A program made the position numbers and the translations under genes. A DNA stretch of 64,000 bases, from positions 120,902,001 to 120,966,000 of the forward strand of contig NC_086097.1 of assembly GCF_963921235.1 (NCBI RefSeq), in the 5' to 3' direction. Shown in pieces: positions 1 through 12,140 of the stretch. Below the pieces are notes generated by a model. That model was not told the origin of the DNA. It worked only from the letters and a program-made list of their open reading frames with translations, and did not search any database. The first letter of the stretch is position 1; every line of letters begins with the position of its first letter. Origin of the DNA: Mobula hypostoma (taxonomy: Eukaryota).

Positions 1-635
1 CATGGAGATGTAAACGTTGAAGGAGACAGGCAGAAACACTGTTTTAAATGAATAAAATGAGGTGAGAAAAAAAACGAGATATAGGAGCAGAACTAGTTAT
101 ATCATTTTCTATAACTTTATAAAGTAATCTTGAAGTATATTTTATTTCTGTTTGTACTATTATTCCACTTCTGGAAGTGAATCATTAATGCAATAAAATA
201 TTGTAAAGAATCAAAATGTAGAGTAATATTTGTTAATAGCTGAAAACAAGACAATGGTCATACTTTATATGGGATACAAGACTTCTGAAAGCCTGTTAAT
301 ACGTAAATGATTGATGAGAAAGTCTGATGAGGAACCAAAGTATATATTTGAAAGGTCAAAACAATAATATATTCCAGCATTATGAAAACATAAGCATAAG
401 CATATGCTAATTGACTGTTGTTTTCAGTTATTCTAACCATAATACTAATTGGTAGTCATTCTCAGTTCTTCTCAGGTTCTTTATCTAGGAAAAGATGTGC
501 CGGTATAGGTGAGGGTTCAGAAGAGGTTCACAAGAATGATTCTGGGAATGAAAGGGGTAACGGATGAGAAACATTTGATGACTTTGATGGGTTTAGAGAA
601 TGAGGTGGGGGGTATCTTATATACGTATCCATTCA

Positions 636-3097
636 ATATCACAAGATCACAAGACAAAGAAGCAGAAGTGGGCCGTTCAGCCCATCGAGTCTGCTCCGCC
701 ACTCCACCATGAGCTAAACTATTCTCCCATCTAGTTCCAATTTCCGGCTTTCTCCCCATATCCCTTGATACCCTGACTAATTAGATACCTATCAATCTCC
801 TCCTTAAACGCCCTCAATGATCAGGCCCCCACAGCTGTATGTGGCAATGAATTCCATAAATCCACGACCCTCTGTCTAAAAAAATTTCTCCTTATCTCTG
901 TTTTAAATGGGTACCCTCTTATTCTAAGACTGTGGCCTCTTGTCCTGGACTCACTCACCAAGGGAAACAGCCTTTCCACATCTACTCTGTCCAACCCTTT
1001 CAACATTTGAAATGTTTCTACGAGTTTCCCTCTCATTCTTCTATACTCTGATGAATACAATCCAATGTCGACCAACGCTCCTCATATGTTAGCCCCTGCA
1101 TTCCAGGAATCATCCTCGTAAATCTTCTCTGAACTCTCTCCGACATCAGAACATCCCTTCTAAGATAGGGGGCCCAAAACTGCACACAGTATTCCAAATG
1201 AGTTCTCACCAGTGCCCCACAGAGCCTCATCAACACCTCATAATACACTATTCCTCTTGAAATGAATGCCAACATAGCATTCGCTTTCCTTACTGCCAAT
1301 CCAACCTGGTGGTTAACCTTTAGGGTATCCTGCACGAGGACCCCATAGTCCCTTTGCACTTCCGATTTTTGAATTTTCTCCCCATCTAAATAATAATCTG
1401 CCTGATTATTTCTTCTTTCAAAATGTACAACCGTACATTTCTCAACATTGTATCTCATCTGCCGTTTCTTTGCTCACTCTCCTAAACTGACCAAGTCTCT
1501 CTGCAACCTTTCCGTTTCTTCAGCACTTCCTGCTCCTCCACCTATCTTGGTGTCATCTGCAAATTTAGCCACAAAACCATTTAATCCATAATCTAAATCA
1601 TCGATATACATTGTAAAAAGAAGGAGCCCCAACACCAACCCCTGCAGAACACCACTAGTAACCGGCAACCAATCAGAATAGGATCCCTTTATTCCCACCC
1701 TTTGCTTTCTGCCTATCAGCCAATGCTCCACCCATTCCAATATTTTTCCTGTAATTCCATGGGCTCCCATCTTATTAAGCAGCCTCCTTTTGAAAATCCA
1801 AATACACAACATCCACAGCCCCTCCCTTATCAATCTTATTTGAGATTACCTCAAAAAATTCCAATAGGTTGGTGAGGCAGGATCTTCCCTTCATGAAACC
1901 ATGCTGGCTTAGGCCTGTCTTGTCATGCACCTTGAGGTATTTCATAACCTCATCCTTGAGGATCGACTCCAATAATTTTCCAACTACCGATGTCAGACTA
2001 ATAGGTCTGTAATTTTCTTTTTGCTGCCTCCCTCTTTTCTTAAACAGCGGAACTACATTTGCGACCTTCTAGTCCTCCGGAACCATGCCAGAGTCTATTA
2101 ATTCCTAGAAGATCATTTCCAATGCCTCCACAATCTCCAAAGCCACCTCCTTCAGAACCCATGGGTGCACCTCATCCGGGCCGGGAGACTTGTGTATTCT
2201 TAGTTCATTTAACTTCCCAAGCACTTTCTCTCTAGTAATGTTGACTGTACCTAATTCTATTCCCTGTGACCTCTGGCTATCCGGTATGTTGCTAATGTCT
2301 TCCACTGTGAAGACTGATGCAAAATTCTCATTTAGTTCCTCTGCCATCTCCTTCTTACCCATTATAATTTCTCCAGCATCATTTTCAATTGGTCCTATAC
2401 TTACCCATGTCACTCTTTTACTCTTCATATATTAAAAAAAACTTTTTTATGTTAATAACAATTTCCTTTCATAATTCATCTTTTCTTTCCTAATGGCTTT
2501 CAGTTTTCTTCTGCAAGTTTTTTAAAGTTGTCCAGTCCTCAGTTTTCCATCTAATTTCTGCTTCCTTGTATGTCGTCTCTTTTGCTTTTATTTTAGCCTT
2601 AACCTCTCTCGTTAGCCGCATTTGTGCCATTTTTCCATTCACAATTTTCTTTTTTCTTGGAATATATTTTTCCTGTACTTTCCTTATTTCTTGTAGGAAT
2701 TTCATCCAATTCTGCTCTACCGTCCCTCCATCTAGCTTACTTTTCTAATCTACTTGGGCCAGTTCCTCTCTCATACCACTGTAATTTCCTTTGTTCCACT
2801 GAAATATCGATACACCTGATACCAGCTTCTCCTTTTCAAATTTGAAACTGAACTCAATCATATTATGATCACTACTTCCAAGGGGTTCCATTACCTCCAG
2901 CTCCCTAATCGCCTCAGGTTCATTACACAACACCCAATCCAAAACAGCCGATTCCCTGGTGGGCTTATGCACAAGCTGCTCCAAAAAACCATCTTGTAGG
3001 CACTCTACAAGCTCCCTCTCCTGAGATCCAGTAACTTCCTGAATTTCCCAATCCACTTTCATATTAAAATCCCCCATAATTATCTTGATATTTTCCT
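636..3097 (-). mobile_element. CR1 LINE, 5'-truncated, frameshifted ORF2 (C-terminal part of AP-endonuclease, RT, C-terminus, 3'UTR)
   Basis: ORF fragments carry IMGDFN and GSSDHN (EN), KSPGPDEVHP, QHGFMKGRSCLTNLLEFF, VYLDFQK, SGVLQG and KFADDTK (RT), and LEYCVQFWAP. A (TCTTGTGA)n tail lies at ~638-655 on the minus strand. Confidence 0.95.
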
Positions 3098-3660
3098 TAT
3101 ATATATCGAACATTGAAAGGCCTAAAGAGAGTGGATGTGGAGAGGATGTTTCCTATGGTGGGGGTGTCTAGGACCAGGAGGCACAGCCTCAGAACAGAAA
3201 GGCGTGTCTTTAGAACAGAGAGGAAGTGTCATGGTCGGATCAGGGTCCCTTTAAATTTAGCTTGTTTATGTTACGATCTGGACCATTGATTCCCTCTTTT
3301 CCCGAGTCCCTCGACTTTGGTGATTAGAGGCAATTAATACTGGGCTGAACCGGTAGTTTATAGTCTCCGGCTTTCAGCCGTTTGGCGCAGGAGCGTCTGC
3401 AAAGTCACGGCGTCCCAATGTCATCTGGCTGGAGCAAGCCTTGTCTCCGCCCGAAGCGAGTGCCGGTAATTCACCTTTCCTCACCGGAGCAACCCTGTCC
3501 AGTTACCTCGCCGAAGCAAGCCTCCAAAGTTTCCTCATCAAGGTGGGTCCGTCAGTTAACCTGCCGGAGAGAATCAAGAGCCGCTGTCTACTGTTCCTGG
3601 GCCGAGTCGAGAGCCTGGCACTACCCGGAGGTTCCAGGCACTACCTGGAGGTTCCAAGCA

Positions 3661-3961
3661 CCACATCCTGGCTCCGGTGGCGTCCAAGTACCACGTCCAC
3701 ATCCTGGCTCCGGTGGCGTCCAAATACCACGTCCACGTCCTGGCTACGGTGGCGTCCAAGTACCACGTCAAGTACTGGCCCTGGTGGCGTTCAAGTACCA
3801 CGTCAAGTCCTGGCCCTGGTGGCGTTCAAGTACCACGTCAAGTCCTTGCCCTGGCGGCATTCAAGTACCACATCAAGTCCTGGCCCTGGCGGTGTTCAAG
3901 TACCATATCGTCCTGGCCCTGGCGGCTTCCAGTTCTGAGTCTAGTCCTGGCCCTGGCGGTC
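3661..3961. repeat. GC-rich minisatellite, 35-36 bp unit, 7 full plus degenerate copies, inside the solo LTR
   Basis: Units ccacatcctggctccggtggcgtccaagtaccacgt (36 bp, 3661-3768, x3) then caagtcctggccctggtggcgttcaagtaccacgt (35 bp, x4). Confidence 0.95.
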
Positions 3962-4092
3962 AGTGATTCCTGTCCTACCCCCTTGTCTGAATCCCTTCTC
4001 TGCCCCTCTCGCATCTAGCCCTCATCTGCAGCCCCCACCTGCACTTCCATCACCGGAGCTAGATTAGTACTGTCTGGTGTTCATTCGTGTTG

Positions 4093-4305
4093 GTCTTGTC
4101 TTGTCTTGTCCTCACCTCCATGGGGTAAGTCTGGCCATCTTGCTGTTGCCTCGCGGGGAGTCATGTCTCATCCTGTCCTCGCCTCCGCGGGGTAAGTCAG
4201 GCCGTCTTGCCGTTGCCCCACAGGGAGTCGTGTCTTGTCTTGTCTTGTCCTCACCTCCGTGGGGTAAGTCAGGCCATCTTGCCGTTGCCCCACGGAGGGT
4301 CATGA
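4093..4305. repeat. Tandem repeat, ~67-72 bp unit x3, inside the solo LTR
   Basis: (gtctt)n-gtcctcacctcc-tggggtaagtcaggccatcttgccgttgcc repeated three times. Confidence 0.9.
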
Positions 4306-5467
4306 GTCCCAGCCCTATGTCCTGTACCCAAGGAGGGGTCCCGACTCTGTGTTCTGTGTATGTGTCCATGGTTCCATGTACCTGCTCTCCCGAGACCGAG
4401 GCTCTGTGTTCCCATGTTCCTCCTCTCCTTAGCCCATGTCATATCCATACCTGGTTCTGGGGTCCGAGCATGAGGCAAGACCCAGGTACTGGGTCCTTGC
4501 CTAGTCTCGGGCTCGGAGTCCATACCCTCGCCTCTTCATGTCTCTTCTAGTTCTGGGAGCCGATTCCGAGTCCTAGCCTAGACCCTTGGTCCCAGCCTAG
4601 TCATAGTCCTCAGTCCTTGTCCAGTTCGCTACTCCTGCTCCTGCCTAGCTCTCCTGATATCAAACAATAAACTAAATTTAATTAACCTCACAAGATGTGT
4701 CTTGCATTTGAGTCCACCCTTGCTCCCAATGCACCCACCATTGTGACAGGAAGAGGAATTTCTTTAGCCAGAAGATGGTGAGTCTGTGGAATTCATTGCC
4801 ATAGATGGCTATGGAGGCCAAGTCACTGGGTATATTTAAAGCAGATATTGATAAGTTGATTAGTATGGGTGTCAAAGATTATGGGGAGAAAACAAGGGAA
4901 TGGAGTTGAAAGGGATAATAAAACAGCTATAATAGCATAGCGGAACAGACTCGATGGTATGAATGGCCTATTTCTACCCTTATGTCGGGCACCACATGGT
5001 TTATGGCATTAGGTCAAACAAAGGGAGGCAAACCTTCTCAAGAGTAAGATTTACTGTGCTCCTTCAGCTGAGTAATCAACAGTTCCACATGTTGATCAGT
5101 GCTGGGATAAAACCCTGAGAGATGCAATGTCTAAAAAAACTTTGGCGGAGGGACAACAATATCCATCAATAAGGGTGGATTGGAAGTCCACTACTGTCTG
5201 AATGTCATAGTCACCAGATTAGTTCTGTGCCAGATAATGATACAGAATTCTACAATTTCAACCTTATCGATCTACCTTTGGCCAGTACAATAATAATCGC
5301 AGTGGAGACAAAGCCTAGATTGACATCATGTTATGAGGCATAATCATTGTGTGAGGTGAGATGCAAACAGAACTGATCTGGGAACTCAGAACAGAGCGTC
5401 TATGCATCCATCAGATATAATGAACCAATAGCAATAACAGAAGTACACTTAGTGCCCACTCTATCAG

Positions 5468-5752
5468 CGGTTCGCTCAACTCTATTACAGCTCGAGAGGT
5501 CATAGTTCTGAGTTCAATCCCAGCATCCTCTGTAAGGAGACTGTACATCATCCTGGTGGCATGTGTGGATTTTCTCTGGGTGTCCGGGTTCCTCCCACAG
5601 TCCAAAGACATATCAGTTAGTAGGTTAAATGGTCAATGTAATTGACCTCTGAATACGTTTAGGGTTAAATTGGGGATTGTTTGGGGTTGCTGGGCAGTGT
5701 AGATCGAAGGGCCAGAAGGGCTTATTCCACACCGTATCTCTAAATAAATAAA
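5468..5752 (+). mobile_element. HE1-like V-SINE
   Basis: B-box-like gagttcaatcc, V-domain gtgtggattttctctgggtgtccgggttcctcccacagtccaaagac, and a (TAAA)n tail. Confidence 0.8.
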
Positions 5753-6000
5753 TATGGCATACCTGTACACCTGCTCATTAATGTAAATCATACAGCAACA
5801 ACTCAATGCATAAAAGCATGCAGACGTGATCAGGAGGTTCAGTTGTCATTCAGTCCAAACATCAGAATGGGGAAGAAGTGTGATCTAAGTGACTTTGCCA
5901 TGACATGTTTGTTGCTGCCAGATGGGGTGGTTTGAGTGTCTCAGAAACTGATATTCTCCCGGTATTTTCATACAAAACAGTCTCTAGAGTTTATAGAGAA

Positions 6001-6870
6001 TAGATCGTGGAATAGTACAGCACAGTACAGCCCCTTCGGCCCACAACATTGTGCCGACCCTCAAACCCTGCCTCCCGTATAAGCCCCCACCTTAAATTCC
6101 TCCATATACCTGTCTGGTAGTCTCTTACACTTCACTAGTGTATCTGCCTCCACCACTGACTCAGGCAGTGCATTCCATGCACCAACCACTCTCTGAGTAA
6201 AAAACCTTCCTCTAATATCCCCCTTGAATTTCCCACCCCGTACCTTAAAGCCATGTCCTCTTGTATTGAGCAGTGGTGCCCTGGGGAAGAGGCGCTGGCT
6301 ATCCACTCTATCTATTCCTCTTATTATCTTGTACACCTCTATCATGTCTCCTCTCATCCTCCTTCTCTCCAAAGAGTAAAGCCCTAGCTCCCTTAATCTC
6401 TGATCATAATGCATACTCTCTAAACTAGGCAGCATCCTGGTAAATCTCCTCTGTACTCTTTCTAATGCTTCCACATCCTTCCTATAGTGAGGTGACCAGA
6501 ACTGGACATGGTACTCCAAGTGTGGCCTAACCAGAGTTTTATAGAGCTGCATCATTACATCGCGACTCTTAAACTCCATCCCTCGACTTATGAAAGCTAA
6601 CACCCCATAAGCTTTCTCAACCACCCTATCCACCTGTGAGGCAACTTCCAGGGATCTGTGGACATGTATCCCCAGATCCCTCTGCTCCTCCACACTACCA
6701 AGTATCCTGCCATTTACTTTGTACTCTGCCTTGGAGTTTGTCCTTCCAAAGTGTACCACCTCACACTTCTCTGGGTTGAACTCCATCTGCCACTTCTCAG
6801 CCCACTTCTGCATCCTATCAATGTCTCTCTGCAATCTTTGACAATCCTCTACACTATCTACAACACCACC
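6001..6870 (-). mobile_element. Young CR1 3' fragment with uninterrupted 257-aa ORF2 C-terminus
   Basis: ORF 6061-6834 (WQMEFNPEKCEVVHFG...LVRPHLEY...RGRFFTQRVVGAWNALP) is nearly identical to the plus-strand copy at 29148-30110. Confidence 0.95.
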
Positions 6871-7439
6871 AATGGTGCGAGAAACAAAAAAAATCCTCCA
6901 TGAAGCAGCAGTTCTGTGAGCAAAAACGCTTTGTTAGTGATAGAGGTCAGAGGAGGATGGCCAGACTGGCTTAAGCTGACAGGAACGTGGTAGTAACTCA
7001 AATAACCTCATGTTAGAACAGGGGTGTGTGGAAGAGCATCTCCGAATGCACAACACATCATATCTTGAAGTGGATGGACGACAGCAGCAGAAGACTACAA
7101 ACATACACTCAGTTGCCTCTTTAGTAGTTATAGGAGGTACGTAATAAAGTGACCAAGGAGTGTATACCCTATCAAACATGCAATCTACCATGGTCTATCA
7201 TATCTTTTGTTTTATCATTACTGTCATTACTATCCTTACGTTTACAAAGAGAGTGGTGAATGCCTGGGGTGGAGATAAAGACAAAGACAACAGTTAAAGT
7301 GGTAAACAATATTTCAGTGAGAGCTCTGGAAAGTGATGCCCAAATATGTTGAGATGCCTACACGATGAAGTTACAACACAAGACTACGGACATGTTGAAC
7401 AGCAAAATCAGTGGTCAGAATACAGAGATAAGAAGATTT

Positions 7440-8100
7440 TAGAATTGGTTGGGCAGCATCTGGAGTATTGCAATCACTTCTGGTCACCCCATTATAGGAC
7501 AGATGTCGAAGCCTTGGAGAGGGAGCAGAAGAGGTTTACCAGGATGCTGCCTGGTTTAGAGGGCATGTACTATGAGGAGAGGTTGGACAAACTTGGGTTG
7601 TTTCGTCAGGAGCGGTGGAGGCTGACGGGAAACTGTGTATAAAAGTTTATAAGATTTGGAGACACTATCTTTTCCACAGACAAAATACTGGAGGAATTCA
7701 GCAGGTCACAGCATGAATGGAAATTAATAAATAGTTGGAATTCAGGTCGAGACTGTTTATTCTTCTCCATAGATGCTGCCTGGCCTACTGAGGTCCTCCA
7801 GCATTTTGCTTCAGATTTCCAGTATCTGCAGTCTTTCTTGTGTTTTTCTTTATCCCCCAGGTTTGAAATGTTGAATACCTGTGAGCATAAATTTTAAATG
7901 AGAGGGGGTACATTCAAAAAAGATATGCAGGGTTATTTTACAGAGAGAGTGGTGGATGCATGGAAAGTGCTGCCAGTGGAGAAAAATACAACAGAGGCAT
8001 TTAAAAAGCTCTTAGACAAAGGCACATGAATGTGCATTGAATGGAGATACATCAACATTGTGTACGTAGAAGTTATTCATTTAGTTAGGTATAAGTTCTG
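7440..8100 (+). mobile_element. CR1 3' fragment interrupted by a fold-back Penelope-type repeat (7672-7850)
   Basis: HLEYCNHFWSPHYRTDVEALEREQKRFTRMLPGLEG peptide; the CR1 3' portion resumes at ~7850. Confidence 0.85.
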
Positions 8101-8737
8101 TAGTCCAACAAATGGCAAGTGAAACTTAAAGCAGAAAAATGTAAGGTAATTAATTTGAGGAATTGCCAGAGAGCATGAGAACATAGAACCATGAGAGGAT
8201 ATCGAGTATTTTTATTCCTTTTAATGAGGGCCATCTCACCCATTTATTTTGAAACAGAGAAATTCTTGATCTTTTACAGATAGCACATTATTATGGACAA
8301 TTTTTTGGTCTCTCTATCGCATTTAATGTTAGCTGAATGTATCATCCGCACTATGCTTTGAATTTCTTTCAAACATCTAAAGCTATAGTTAGATTTACTG
8401 TCAAGTGTTACCAAGCTTACAGCATTTAATATTTGTCAAAGGTGCCATTATAATGGAATAGTCTCTGTAAATGCATTTAATTAATTTAATTTTTGAGTTA
8501 TTATCATTTTTCTCTGATGCTCTGGATCATCCACTAAATCCTGTCAGTGGATGCATTAATTATTTCATGTGCTTTACCAAATAAAATTCTATTGGTTTCT
8601 TAATCAGAAATGTTAAGTAATATTGCACAACCTTGTTTTTCATTGTTCAATTAAACGTGGAGGTATTTACTTTGTTCATTTTGTACCTTAAAGAGATACG
8701 GATGGGCAGGCTTCCTTCCTTCAGCTTTTAGGTTTAA

Positions 8738-8751
8738 GCGCCACCTAGTAG
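8738..8751 (-). promoter_or_regulatory. Candidate CTCF site
   Basis: Minus strand CTACTAGGTGGCGC is one mismatch from CCACTAGGTGGCGC, in unique sequence. Confidence 0.4.
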
Positions 8752-9149
8752 AGTCTGAGTGAATTGCACGCTAGAGGAAAGAACAGATTTGCGGCCTATT
8801 GAAAAGCATGAAAGAAAAAGGTTGTCACCAGAGAATTAATGGCACGACCATCTCAGCCACGACTAGACTCCAGTTCACATCTAACTGAGGGACAGGTAAT
8901 TTAGCTTCAGGAGTGTAGAGAGGAACAAATGAAATGGCGTTACATAGCTTAAAATTGTTCTAATTGTATTGGGAGTGATCAATGCTCAGGTGGAACCATT
9001 CAAGTATCCAGATTTCTGGGTAAATTCATCCTTTGCAAATTTTTTGCATAATATTAATTTCAGTGGAGATGGGGTTGGATCTATCAATCACCCCGGTCAC
9101 AGCACTGCACTGTAAACACTTTAAACCACTTTTTATAATTGCTACTTCC

Positions 9150-12140
9150 ATATAGTCTTAGAGCCACAAACACTACAGCACAGAAGCAGGCCCTATGACC
9201 TATCTAGTCCATCTCTTCCACCTAGTCCCATTGACCTGCACCCAGACCATAACCCTCCATACCTCTCCCATCCATGTACCCATCCAAATTTCTCTTAAAT
9301 TTTGAAATCGAACCCACATTCACCACTTCCACTCTCACCACACTCTCAGGGAAGAAGCTTCCCCTCATGTTCCCCTTAAACATTTCACCTTTTGCTCTTA
9401 ACCCATGACCTCTAGTCTCACCCAACCTCAGTGCTTGCAATTACCTTATCTATAAATAATTTTATATAATTCTATAAAATCTCCTCTCATTCTCCTGTGC
9501 TGCAGGGAATAAAGTCCAAACCTGTTCAACCTTTCCTATAGCTCAGGTCTTCAAGTCCTGGCAACATCCTTGTAAATTTTCTCTGAACTTTTAATCTTAT
9601 TAATATCTTTCCTGTAGGTAGGTGACCAGATCTGCGCACAATACTCCAAATCAGGCCTCGCCAATGTCATACAACTTCAACATAACATCTCAACTCAATA
9701 ATTTGATCTACGAAGGACATTGTGCAAAAAGCTCTCTTTATGACCCTGCATGCCTGTGATGCTATTGTCAAAGAATTATAAATCTGTATCCCCAGATCCC
9801 GCTGTTCTTTCTTTCTTTTTAAATCTTTTTATTGAATAAGTATACAAAAAGGTAAACCATATAAACATTAATACAATGTTAAAATATAATAAAATTCCAG
9901 AAGGTATCAATACCAAAAAAAATACTACAAACAATGTAATTTAAACATAAAAAACCAAGATAACATAATAGTATACTAAATTTTATATATCTATCAATGG
10001 AAAAAAAAAGAAAAAAAAGGAAAAAAAAACCCAAAAAAAAAACCCACCGTGCAACTAACTAAAAGCAAAGCAAAGCAAAGCAATGGGCTAACTTGAAACC
10101 AAACAGAGTTAAACTTAAAATCACGTCCTCAATCCCGACCTCCATTAAAAACAGTGAAAAAAAAACAAGAAGGGTATGTATTACATTAAATGAAAATATC
10201 GAATAAAAGGTCCCCAAATCTGTTCAAATTTAAATGAAGAATCATAAAGGTTACTTCTAATTTTCTCCAGATTCAAACATAAAATTGACTGAGAGAACCA
10301 AAAAAAGGTAGTTGGAGCATTAAGCTCTTTCCAATGTTGTAAAATACATCTTTTCGCCATTAAAGTAAGAAATGCGATCATTCTACGGGCTGAAGGGGAA
10401 AGATTACTAGAAATTTTGGGTAGTCCAAAGATAGCAGTAATAGGGTGAGGAGAGATATCTATATTTAATACCTCAGAAATAATATTAAAAATATCTCTCC
10501 AAAAAGTTTCCAAAGTAGGACAAGACCAAAACATATGAGTTAAAGAGGCTATCTGCCCCGAACATCTATCACAAAACGGATTAATATGCGAGTAAAAACG
10601 CGCTAACTTATCTTTGGACATATGTGCTCTATGAACCACTTTAAATTGAATTAGGGAATGTTTAGCACAAATAGAGGAAGTATTAACTAATTGTAAAATC
10701 TGCCCCCAATCATCCACAGAAATGGTAAGCCCCAATTCCTGTTCCCAATCTACCCTAATCTTATCAAATGGAGCTTTCCTAAGTTTCATAATAATATTAT
10801 AAATCATAGCCGATGCACCTTTCTGACATGGATTGAGGTTAATTATCGAATCTAAAATATATGTAGGAGGAAGCATTGGAAAGGAAGAAAGTATAGTACT
10901 TAGGAAATTTCTAACTTGTAAATATCTAAAAAAAATGTATTCTTGATAAATTATATTTGTTAGATAATTGTTCAAAAGACATAAGGGAACCATCTAAAAA
11001 TAAATCCAAAAACCGTAAAATACCCTTAGTCTTCCAGGTTTGAAAAGCGCGATCCGTAAAAGAGGGAGGAAAAAATATGTTACCTAAAATAGGAATCGCT
11101 AACCCGAATTGATTAAGATCAAAAAATTTTCTGAATTGAAACCAAATGCGCAAAGCATATTTAACTATCGGGTTAAAGACCTGCTTAAGGCGTTTCGAAT
11201 CAAAAGGGAGAGAGGAACCTAAAATAGAGCCAAGTGTATAACCCTGAACAGATTGTAGTTCCAATGCTACCCATTTAGGAATAGATAGTATATCCTGATC
11301 AAGTAACCAAAATTTCATATATTGAATATTAATAGCCCAATAATAGAATCTAAAGTTAGGTAATGCTAAACCTCCATCTCTCTTAGCTTTCTGTAAATGT
11401 ATTTTACCCAGTCTTGGATTCTTATTCTGCCAAATAAATGAAGAAATTTTAGAGTCAACTTTATCAAAGAAAGATTTTGGAACAAAAATTGGTAATGCCT
11501 GAAACACATATAAAAATTTTGGCAAAAAAAACATCTTAACTGCATTAATACGACCAATCAAAGTTAAATATAAGGGAAACCATTTAGATGAAAGTTAGAT
11601 CCCTCTGTTCTACCACACTCCACAAGGCCCTGCCATTTACTGTGTTAGTTCTATCTTGCTCACACTTGTCCACATTAAATGCCATCTGCTATTTTTCAGC
11701 CCATTTTTCTAGCTGGTCCAGATTCTGCTGCAAGCTTTGATAGGCTTCCTTGCTGTCCACTACACCCCCAATCTTGGTGACATCTCCAAATTTGTTGATC
11801 CAATTTATTATAATCATCCAGATCATTGATATAGGTATCAAACAATACTGCACCCACCACCAATCCCTGTGACACACCTCTTAGCACACACCTCTAGATA
11901 GAGGTGAAGCCAAAGTCTAATCCAATTTACTACCTCATCCTGAATGCCAAGTGACTGAACCTTCTTGACCAAACTCCTATGTGGGACCTTGTCAAAGGCC
12001 TTGCTAAAGTCCATGCAGACATCACCCACTGCCTTCTCTTCATCAGTTTTCCTGATAACTTCCTCGAGAAACTCTATCAGGTTGGTTAGACACGACCTAC
12101 GATGCACAAAGCCACGTTGACTATCCCTAATCAATCCCTA
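9150..12140 (-). mobile_element. CR1 fragment (9150-9808 and 11597-12140) hosting the L1 insertion
   Basis: Peptides SCLTNLIEF, MDFSKAFDKVPH, GVSQG and LEKWAEK; the sequence is collinear across the L1. Confidence 0.9.
9809..11596 (-). mobile_element. L1-clade LINE, 5'-truncated: ORF2 C-terminus, A-rich tail, 15-bp TSD
   Basis: GRINAVKMFFLPKFLYVFQALP...GGLALPNFRFYYWA and CDRC...HMFWSC motifs. Minus-strand AATAAA at 9828-9833 is followed by an A-rich tail. TSD agatccc(g/t)ctgttct at 9794-9808 and 11597-11611. One frameshift at the A-run 10928-10936. Confidence 0.93.

Larger units (their letters stand above)
3227..4748 (+). mobile_element. Solo LTR-like element (1522 bp), TGTCA...TGACA termini, 5-bp TSD GGAAG
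   Basis: GGAAG lies at 3222-3226 and 4749-4753, and removing the insert restores the host CR1 sequence. AATAAA occurs near 4666. The element is CpG-rich with internal tandem arrays and no gag/pol. Confidence 0.85.
470..4985 (+). mobile_element. Old CR1 LINE 3' fragment split into three pieces (470-620, 3101-3226, 4749-4985) by two nested insertions
   Basis: RVQKRFTRMILGMKG peptide at 509-600. The sequence resumes at 3101 (atcgaacattgaaaggcctaaagagagtggatgtggagagg) and again at 4749 (ggaagaggaatttctttagccagaagatggtg) in collinear CR1 ORF2 C-terminal/3'UTR order. Confidence 0.85.
5446..7162 (+). mobile_element. Tc1-derived non-autonomous element interrupted by a V-SINE (5468-5752) and a CR1 (6001-6870)
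   Basis: TA plus degenerate TIR cacttagtgcccactctatcag at 5444-5467. The body continues at 5755-6000 and 6871-7162, ending aataaagtgaccaaggagtg+TA. It is homologous to copies at 47224, 56584 and 57303. Confidence 0.85.

Noticed and set aside
3661..3961. CRISPR-like array (35-36 bp periodicity)
   Set aside because: The units are contiguous with no unique spacers, there are no cas genes, and the context is eukaryotic.
3382..4550. Long repetitive ORFs (194, 165, 113 and 157 aa) as real proteins
   Set aside because: They arise from stop-poor GC-rich tandem repeats inside a solo LTR; several frames are open simultaneously and the 35-bp units cycle the frame.
6061..6834. Domesticated or host gene from the open 257-aa ORF
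   Set aside because: It is the 3' end of a young CR1, lacks most of the RT, and is inserted in a MITE; openness reflects age.
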